From an uncultured archaeon (lineage in GTDB: Archaea > Iainarchaeota > Iainarchaeia > Iainarchaeales > Iainarchaeaceae): a stretch of DNA of 32,000 nt. Where the stretch lies: assembly GCA_964577555.1 (NCBI GenBank), contig CAZNZM010000003.1, positions 5,837 through 37,836 on the forward strand, written 5' to 3'. Position numbers and translations under genes: made by a program. Below, piece by piece: positions 25,831 to 31,318 of this stretch. Under the pieces are notes generated by a model that saw only the letters and a program-made list of their open reading frames with translations, was not told the DNA's origin and did not search any database. The stretch's first letter is position 1; each line of letters opens with the position of its first letter.

Positions 25831-26133
25831 TTATGAATCTGATTTTATTGTGTTTATTTTGGGAATTGCAAAAAAAATCAAAAACCATGCCAAAATAACC
25901 GCCATTGACATTGCAATTCCAAGCATAAAGCTGTTTGTAATAATGCCTTCGGTTGTTTCTTCCAAAAAAGCTTCGCCTTCCAAAAATGCGGTTGCCTTGT
26001 CTGAAAAAATCATTATTGTCGAACCCCAAAACATTAATGCAAGATAATCTGTTTTATATTTTCTAAAATTCGGAAAAAGCAAGTAAATAAGACTTGTTGC
26101 AATTGAAAAAAACAACATTGTTATTAACCACAT
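25831..26133 (-). CDS. Small 3-TM membrane protein, paralog of the upstream gene
   Basis: 100 aa. Same architecture as the 26147 product, with by-eye similarity (TM - FWGST/IFGGS - acidic loop - TM). 13-nt gap to the upstream gene. Confidence 0.5.
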   Translation of the reverse strand: MWLITMLFFSIATSLIYLLFPNFRKYKTDYLALMFWGSTIMIFSDKATAFLEGEAFLEETTEGIITNSFMLGIAMSMAVILAWFLIFFAIPKINTIKSDS

Positions 26134-26146
26134 TTTCTCACTTTTG

Positions 26147-26491
26147 TTATGTGTTGTGGCTTGTTTTGGTTGTCTGAGGCACTAATATTTTTTCATAAAC
26201 CAAAACCATTGTAATCCATGTTAATATTATTAAAAACGCCATTGGAACCCCGATTTTTATCATTTCGTTTAGCATTATGCTTGTTGTTTCTGGCGATTCC
26301 ATTGCTGTCAAAAAAGGAAACCAAGGAACGATTTCCTGATGTGCATAATGTTCTACTGCCAGAGCCACTGAGCCGCCAAAAATCATTGTGTTAAGCCAAT
26401 TTATGCGCCAATTTGTAGGAAATTTTTTTCTTAATGCTGTTGTGATTATGCCTATTGTCAGGGGAACCAAAAAACAAGCCATGAAAAACAA
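26147..26491 (-). CDS. Small 3-TM membrane protein
   Basis: 114 aa from TTG 26491; the ATG at 26482 gives MACFLVPLTIG. Tandem paralog of the 25831 product. Confidence 0.5.
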   Translation of the reverse strand: MFFMACFLVPLTIGIITTALRKKFPTNWRINWLNTMIFGGSVALAVEHYAHQEIVPWFPFLTAMESPETTSIMLNEMIKIGVPMAFLIILTWITMVLVYEKILVPQTTKTSHNT

Positions 26492-26555
26492 TTCTTTGAT
26501 TTGAATTTAAATGTATTCTTTTCTGAAATAATGCAAAAAATTGCAAATTCGGTTT

Positions 26556-26705
26556 TTAGTTTGGCTTTTTTGCGAATTTTGTTATCTCCAAATTGCACGA
26601 TTTGTTTTTTTTGCACCAAGCTTCGCATTTTTCAGCCCATTGCCTTTCCTTATAATACAAGTTGCATTCTTCGCATTGAAAGAACTCAAAATATTTTTTT
26701 ACCAT
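26556..26705 (-). CDS. Small (49 aa) Cys-rich protein (CxxC ... C...C......C)
   Basis: Not in the ORF track. Hand translation: MVKKYFEFFQCEECNLYYKERQWAEKCEAWCKKNKSCNLEITKFAKKPN. ATG at 26705, TAA at 26556-26558. First gene of a - strand cluster with the two membrane paralogs. Confidence 0.5.
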   Translation of the reverse strand: MVKKYFEFFQCEECNLYYKERQWAEKCEAWCKKNKSCNLEITKFAKKPN

Positions 26706-26873
26706 AAAATACTAACCAAGTATTCAAATTAAATTTTTATTTGTTTTAACTATCGGCTTGTTGTTTTTATTGCTGGTTGATTAAATCAAAAAAAATCTCT
26801 TTTTTTGCTTTAGCTAATTTCAAGCAATTTTTTTTGATTCATTGCATTTGCTTTAAAATCATTGCATGTAAAG

Positions 26874-26958
26874 AAATTATGTGCGGCGTTGATGAACTGA
26901 CGATGACTCTGACCTTGTGGTATGAAGATAGATGGGCGAACTGAGCCGCACATAATTT
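26874..26958 (+). ncRNA. Candidate C/D-box sRNA enclosed by a 14-bp perfect terminal stem
   Basis: Stem aaattatgtgcggc (26874-26887) pairs with gccgcacataattt (26945-26958). C box tgatga at 26890-26895, then a 13-nt spacer. D' ctga at 26909-26912. C' tgaaga at 26923-26928, then a 12-nt spacer. D ctga at 26941-26944. The boxes read correctly only on the + strand. Confidence 0.5.
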
Positions 26959-26963
26959 TTATT

Positions 26964-27026
26964 ATGAAATCATTATTTGGGTTTTTAGTTTTTTTATTTT
27001 TTAGAATTAATGGTTTTTGGCAATGT
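26964..27026 (+). pseudogene. Detached 5' fragment (native ATG and signal-peptide N-region) of the pLGIC-like gene
   Basis: ATG at 26964 encodes MKSLFGFLVFLFFRINGFWQC. The last 6-7 codons lie in direct-repeat copy A, in the same phase as copy B in front of the channel ORF. Confidence 0.55.
27007..27026 (+). repeat. Direct repeat copy A (ttaatggtttttggcaatgt)
   Basis: Perfect 20-mer identical to 28440-28459. The similarity extends 2 more nt with a 1-nt T-run length difference. Confidence 0.9.
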
Positions 27027-27082
27027 GAGTTTGTGGTTGTTTGCCATTTTTTTTGTTTTTATTTTGAATGTTTCCATGCGAT

Positions 27083-27859
27083 TCACTTTTTGGCGGGTTT
27101 CTTTTTTTTGTATTTGAAGTGTTTTGCAATTGCCATTATTGCAGTTTTGTATTCAATCGGATTGTTGGCTAGGGCACCAATTTCGAATTCCCACTTGTCA
27201 TAAACTTTGTTGGCGTTTTTGAAAATCTGCTCAACAACAAATTTCTGGTTGATGTCTTTGAGTTTTTTCCTTACAAGCGGCAGGTCAATCGGGATTTTTT
27301 TCTGAATTATTGAATAGAGGTCAAAATAGTCCCTCGCTTTTTTTCTTTGAAAAAGCGTTCGAACCTTTTCCGCAATCAACTCTTTCTTGTTGAGTGTTGA
27401 AACTTCAAATTCTGGAATCTCATCATAAAAATGCGGAACCTTGTATTTTTGAGGCTTCAAATAAACACTAGCCTGCTTGTTCACGTCAACAACAATCTCC
27501 GGCCTCAAATCAGTTATTGTTTTGTAGGAAATTTTTAGCCTGAAAAAGTTTGGCGTCTGCTTGTCAAACTGTGTTCTGGTAAAAAATTCTTTGTGGCTTT
27601 CAATGATTTTAAGAATTGATTGTTTTGCTTTCTGTAAAGAGCCGATGCAAGTAAAGTCTAAGTCTTCGCTCAGCCTGTTGTGGTTGAGAAAAATCTTGTT
27701 CAACGCGGTCCCGCCTTTGAAACAAAGCGCTGGAACATCTCTGAGGAAATACAGTAATACAGTCAGGTAATAGTCTTTTTCCATGTAATAGAGGCCGAAT
27801 TTTTTGTCTGCCGCCAGGAAGCGCAGGCGGTTTTCGGTTATGGGCTTGATTTCAACCAT
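27083..27859 (-). CDS. abiEii: AbiEii/DUF1814 nucleotidyltransferase toxin (type IV TA)
   Basis: FKGGTALNKIF...RLSEDLDF nucleotidyltransferase motif and downstream KVRTL..R..ARDYFDLY motif, characteristic of AbiEii. 258 aa. Confidence 0.85.
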   Translation of the reverse strand: MVEIKPITENRLRFLAADKKFGLYYMEKDYYLTVLLYFLRDVPALCFKGGTALNKIFLNHNRLSEDLDFTCIGSLQKAKQSILKIIESHKEFFTRTQFDKQTPNFFRLKISYKTITDLRPEIVVDVNKQASVYLKPQKYKVPHFYDEIPEFEVSTLNKKELIAEKVRTLFQRKKARDYFDLYSIIQKKIPIDLPLVRKKLKDINQKFVVEQIFKNANKVYDKWEFEIGALANNPIEYKTAIMAIAKHFKYKKKKPAKK

Positions 27860-28338
27860 CCCATTACCTTTTCCTTAGAGGCTATTTTGAAAGAATGATT
27901 TTTGGTTTTTTGTTCGACAAATCCAACAAGATTTTTTGGTCTGATTCTCTTGAACACTATCTCTGTATCAAAGAGCTTGGTTTTGCCCTGTTTGTTGGTG
28001 CAAAAAACTTCTATTTTTCTGGGGATTTGGTCAACGAAACCCCAGTAATGCGCAGCGGCAAAACCGCCAATAAAATAATTCTTGCCATTAAAGATTTCGT
28101 CAATTACAATAAAGGGGTTTTCCGACCACTTGTTTTGATAGGCCCTTACTGGAACAAGGTAGTATTTTGATTTGTTGATCTTGATGACTCTTTTTTTAGC
28201 TTTGAGCCTGTTGATGTAAACCCGAAGTTCATTGGTGTTTTTAAAAAATTTCTTTATGTCCTCCCTTGAAAAAAAGTTTTTATCGTTGAGTTCGAGGAAC
28301 GAAACAACCTCAATTTCCTTGCTGGAAAGCCCCTTCAT
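27838..28338 (-). CDS. abiEi: AbiEi-family antitoxin / wHTH transcriptional autoregulator
   Basis: N-terminal wHTH region and YFIGGFAAAHYWGFVDQIPRKIEVF motif typical of AbiEi. 22-nt overlap with the toxin gene. Confidence 0.8.
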   Translation of the reverse strand: MKGLSSKEIEVVSFLELNDKNFFSREDIKKFFKNTNELRVYINRLKAKKRVIKINKSKYYLVPVRAYQNKWSENPFIVIDEIFNGKNYFIGGFAAAHYWGFVDQIPRKIEVFCTNKQGKTKLFDTEIVFKRIRPKNLVGFVEQKTKNHSFKIASKEKVMGWLKSSP

Positions 28339-28382
28339 ATTGTTACACCAAAATTAACATTTTATTAATTCTAATGTAACAA
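28339..28382 (-). promoter_or_regulatory. Candidate AbiEi operator: nested inverted repeats immediately upstream of abiEi
   Basis: ttgttaca (28340-28347) pairs with tgtaacaa (28375-28382). An inner pair is aattaa (28352-28357) and ttaatt (28365-28370). The repeats overlap AT-rich TATA-like sequence. Confidence 0.35.
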
Positions 28383-28439
28383 ACCAATTTAAATTTTTTG
28401 GTGTGAGAAAATCGAGTTATTTGTAAACAACAAGCACAA

Positions 28440-28459
28440 TTAATGGTTTTTGGCAATGT
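28440..28459 (+). repeat. Direct repeat copy B (ttaatggtttttggcaatgt)
   Basis: Identical to 27007-27026. Followed by a T9 run and then the TTG that opens the channel ORF. Confidence 0.9.
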
Positions 28460-28465
28460 TTTTTT

Positions 28466-29329
28466 TTGTTAGGTTTGATTGCTTTTGCTTCAGCTGAGCC
28501 GGCAAAAGTAAAGGTCGGGGTTTATGTTTTGAGTATTGGAAAATTTGAAGTGAGTACTGGTTCTTATACTGTGGATTTTTATTTGTCAATGAAATGTGAG
28601 AATGAATGCGATCCAAGCAATTTTGAATTTACAAATGGCAGGGCTGTTTCAGTGGATAAAATAATTGATTTGACTAATGAAAAATTTTATAGGATTCAAG
28701 CTGCTTTGGCTGAGAATATTGATTTGAAGCAATATCCTTTTGATGATCACTATTTGACAATCAGTTTGGAGGATAAAAAGAATACGATTGATGATTTGGT
28801 TTATGTGTTTGACGAACAGGCTTCTGGAGTTGATCCTTCTGTTGTGTTAGTTGGTTGGGATTTAACTGGTAATATTGGCGAGGTAACTACTCATTATTAT
28901 CCGCCGTATGATGAAACTTATTCTAGGTTTGTCTATAAAGTGCATATAAAGAGAATTTTTTTGGCGGCTGTGATGAAAACTTTTTTGCCTATTTTGTTTA
29001 TTGTTATTGTAGGTTTGCTTGCGTTGTTGATTCATGAGTCTGACAAGCTTTGGACAAGGATTGGAGTAAATACTTCTTCGCTTATAGCTTCAGTCATGTT
29101 TCATTTGAATGTAACTTCCAGCATTCCGCCTGTGGGTTATTTGACTTTTGCTGATAAGTTCATGATTGCTACTTATATTATTTTGATATTGAGTTTGTTG
29201 AGCACTATAATAATGATGAGGCATGCAAAACAAAAAGACGAGAAAATGCTTGAAAAAATTTATCATGTTTCTCTTTATGCAATACCTGTTTTTGCGCTAA
29301 TTTTATATGGTTTGGTAATTTTTTTGTAA
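28466..29329 (+). CDS. Pentameric ligand-gated ion channel (GLIC/ELIC-like, Cys-loop superfamily) homolog, 5' end displaced by the insertion
   Basis: Beta-rich N-terminal domain (VKVGVYVLSIGKFEVSTGSYTVDFYL, YPFDDHYLTISLE at the Cys-loop-equivalent FPFD position). Pre-M1 YSRFVYKVHIKR. Four TM helices, with the M2-M3 segment RIGVNTSSLIASVMFHLNVTSSIPPVGYLTFADKF. The only in-frame start is TTG 28466. Confidence 0.75.
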   Translation: MLGLIAFASAEPAKVKVGVYVLSIGKFEVSTGSYTVDFYLSMKCENECDPSNFEFTNGRAVSVDKIIDLTNEKFYRIQAALAENIDLKQYPFDDHYLTISLEDKKNTIDDLVYVFDEQASGVDPSVVLVGWDLTGNIGEVTTHYYPPYDETYSRFVYKVHIKRIFLAAVMKTFLPILFIVIVGLLALLIHESDKLWTRIGVNTSSLIASVMFHLNVTSSIPPVGYLTFADKFMIATYIILILSLLSTIIMMRHAKQKDEKMLEKIYHVSLYAIPVFALILYGLVIFL

Positions 29330-29331
29330 AA

Positions 29332-29359
29332 TTCAAATGCTTGATTGAAGTTTTTTTTT
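29332..29359 (+). terminator. Weak AT hairpin plus T9 after the channel gene
   Basis: ttcaa...ttgaa (29332-29349) followed by ttttttttt (29351-29359). Confidence 0.3.
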
Positions 29360-29403
29360 AACGTTTGGCATTTCGGAATCGATTTTTAATTTTATTTTTT
29401 TAT

Positions 29404-30195
29404 ATGTTTTTAGTTAAGATGTCTAAATCTAAGCGTGATTTAAGAAAGACTAAAATGCCTGGCAATTGGGTGCGTTTGGGTAGGCCTGAAAGAGAACGCA
29501 GACGATTTGCTTTTTCAAATGAAACTGCCTCTTTTCCTTCTGTAGAAATATTTGATAGACGGAGTCTTTGGAATGTTTTTGGCAGTAATATTAATGTAAT
29601 TGAACATGATTTAAATTTTAGAATTAGGGATCATATTAGGTCGTTGTTTAGTAATAATAGCAGAGTTGTTAATGTTCTTGATTTGGGTTGTGGCAAGGGT
29701 GTTGCGTTGAATGATTTGAAAAGGCTTTTTGGTGATAGGGTGAGGACTTTTGGACAGGTTGCAGCTGTTAGTCCTAGTGAAAAATATGAGGGTGTTGATA
29801 GGCTTTTGGTTGGTTCTTTGACTTTGCCTGACAAACCCCTTAGACTTGTCAGGGTTAATATGGGTATGAATGTTGAGTTGGATAAAAACATGGTTTTTAG
29901 GGCTAGGCCTATTATGGATTTGATTTATTCTTATTTTGGTACTTCTTATCATTCTTTTTTGAAATTAACTGTTTTAGAAGAGGTTATTAAGTGGCTTAGG
30001 CCTGGCGGAATTGCTGTTATCCAGTTTGACTGTTTTAGTCCTAACAGTCTTAAATTTAATGATGATGTTAGATTCAAGAATGAAATTGCTCTTTTATTGA
30101 GGCAATATAGAATTAATAATTTTGAATTTAAACGGACTGGTTCAGATTTATGGCCTACTGTTTTATTTTTTCAAAAACCGGTTGTTAAATTGTGA
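29404..30195 (+). CDS. Class I SAM-dependent methyltransferase
   Basis: Motif I VLDLGCGKGVAL and motif LRPGGIAVIQF. The start is uncertain: track TTG 29365, ATGs at 29404 and 29419. Confidence 0.65.
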   Translation: MFLVKMSKSKRDLRKTKMPGNWVRLGRPERERRRFAFSNETASFPSVEIFDRRSLWNVFGSNINVIEHDLNFRIRDHIRSLFSNNSRVVNVLDLGCGKGVALNDLKRLFGDRVRTFGQVAAVSPSEKYEGVDRLLVGSLTLPDKPLRLVRVNMGMNVELDKNMVFRARPIMDLIYSYFGTSYHSFLKLTVLEEVIKWLRPGGIAVIQFDCFSPNSLKFNDDVRFKNEIALLLRQYRINNFEFKRTGSDLWPTVLFFQKPVVKL

Positions 30196-30326
30196 GTGGT
30201 GTTCCAAGTATTTTCAATATTGCAAAGTGTTTTTTAGAAGCTAATGAAATTGCCAAAAATTTGTGGCGGTTGCGTAGTCTTGTGTGGGTATTAAGTGCTT
30301 TAGGTTATAGTAACGTCATTTTTTAA
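30192..30326 (+). CDS. Possible 44-aa small ORF coupled to the methyltransferase stop (GTGA overlap)
   Basis: Hand translation from GTG 30192: VSGVPSIFNIAKCFLEANEIAKNLWRLRSLVWVLSALGYSNVIF. It fills an otherwise unexplained 160-nt non-T-tract gap. No further support. Confidence 0.2.
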   Translation: MSGVPSIFNIAKCFLEANEIAKNLWRLRSLVWVLSALGYSNVIF

Positions 30327-30357
30327 TTATTTTTTTGTTTTGTCATTTGTGGTTTTT

Positions 30358-31110
30358 ATGAATGGCTTTACTGCTCATATTATTGTTAAGAATGAAGAAA
30401 GATTCATTAATTATGCTATTGAGTCTGCGCTTCTTATTGCTGATCAAGTTATTGTTTTTGATACTGGTTCTACGGATTCAACAATTGAAATAGTGCAATC
30501 TTTGGTTAGAAAATATCCTAATAAAATATTTTTTTTTGAGAAGGGTAATCAGAGCACAACTGGGCTTGTTGAATTGAGAAATGAAATGATAAAGCTTACT
30601 AAGACTGATTGGTTTTTTTTAGTAGACGGTGATGAAGTAGTCTCTATAAAAAATTTATCTGCTTTTTTAAATTTTTTTAGTTCTTTGTCTGAAAAAGTTT
30701 CAAGAGTTGAGGTGAATAGGCGTGATTTTATAGGAGATGCTAATTTAGTGGCAAGAAATAGTTTGGTTGGGCGGTTTTATAAGACAAATAAAATAGTTTT
30801 TTTTGGGGAATATCCTTTTGAATATCCTGTTTTGAAAGACTTTTCAAAAGAAACAATTGAATCTTTTTCTGTAAGCATTTCGGAAGATTTGGTTTTGTAC
30901 AATCATTTTACTTATTTTGCCCGTTCGCAAAAAGATAATGATGTAAAGTTTGGGAGACACTGGCGTAAGTTGCCTTTTCCAATATTATTGTATTTTGGGT
31001 CAAAACCTGTTCCAAATATTGATGAAAATTTGGTTGTTGCTTTGTTAAAATTTCCGATTTATAATTTAATTGGGTTGTTTAATAATATGTTGTTATTTAA
31101 TAGAAAATAG
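30358..31110 (+). CDS. Glycosyltransferase family 2
   Basis: HIIVKNEERFINYAIESALLIADQVIVFDTGSTDSTIEI and FFLVDGDEVV (DxD-type) motifs. The track start is TTG 30340; the ATG at 30358 gives MNGFTAHIIV. Confidence 0.75.
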   Translation: MNGFTAHIIVKNEERFINYAIESALLIADQVIVFDTGSTDSTIEIVQSLVRKYPNKIFFFEKGNQSTTGLVELRNEMIKLTKTDWFFLVDGDEVVSIKNLSAFLNFFSSLSEKVSRVEVNRRDFIGDANLVARNSLVGRFYKTNKIVFFGEYPFEYPVLKDFSKETIESFSVSISEDLVLYNHFTYFARSQKDNDVKFGRHWRKLPFPILLYFGSKPVPNIDENLVVALLKFPIYNLIGLFNNMLLFNRK

Positions 31111-31318
31111 TGATTTTTTTTTAATATAAATTTCATTTATTTTTTTTATTAAGATTTTGTTTTTAATTTTGGAATTGTTTTTTTTGTTATTTTTTTTGTA
31201 TTCTTTTTTTGTGAGCCATTTTTTTTATTTTCTTTTTTTTCGTTTTTTTTTTAATTTTAATACTTTGTTTTTTTTGTTTGTTTTGGTTTTTTAATACTTT
31301 CCTAAATTGTTTTTTTTT
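31111..31318 (+). repeat. T-tract spacer with an RAGCC-T(n) unit
   Basis: gtgagccatttttttt at ~31212. T-rich on the + strand. Confidence 0.55.

Larger units (their letters stand above)
27027..28439 (-). mobile_element. Inserted AbiE toxin-antitoxin cassette (1.4 kb, no recombinase)
   Basis: Bounded by the 20-bp direct repeats and contains only abiEi-abiEii plus their promoter region. Possible imperfect terminal inverted repeats: ttgtggttgtt (27031-27041) and aacaagcacaa (28428-28438). The T-tract repeats are absent. Confidence 0.6.

Noticed and set aside
26897-26906. Alternative C/D parse using ctga at 26897 and cgatga at 26901 as the D' and C' boxes
   Set aside because: It leaves only 1 nt between the C and D' boxes, incompatible with a guide. 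The parse with D' at 26909 and C' at 26923 gives 13- and 12-nt guides.
26922-27203. 93-aa + strand track ORF as an intact gene
   Set aside because: Its 5' part overlaps the C/D-box candidate and its 3' part is antisense to abiEii. Only codons 26964-27026 appear meaningful, as the detached 5' fragment of the channel gene.
27027-28439. Recombinase, integrase or transposase associated with the AbiE insertion
   Set aside because: All six frames of the insert and both flanks were read. Only abiEi and abiEii are present, so no mobility enzyme can be annotated.
1-31318. T-tract repeat arrays as CRISPR arrays
   Set aside because: There is no constant-length repeat alternating with unique spacers. 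Units are short, variable and separated by poly-T. No cas genes are present in the window.
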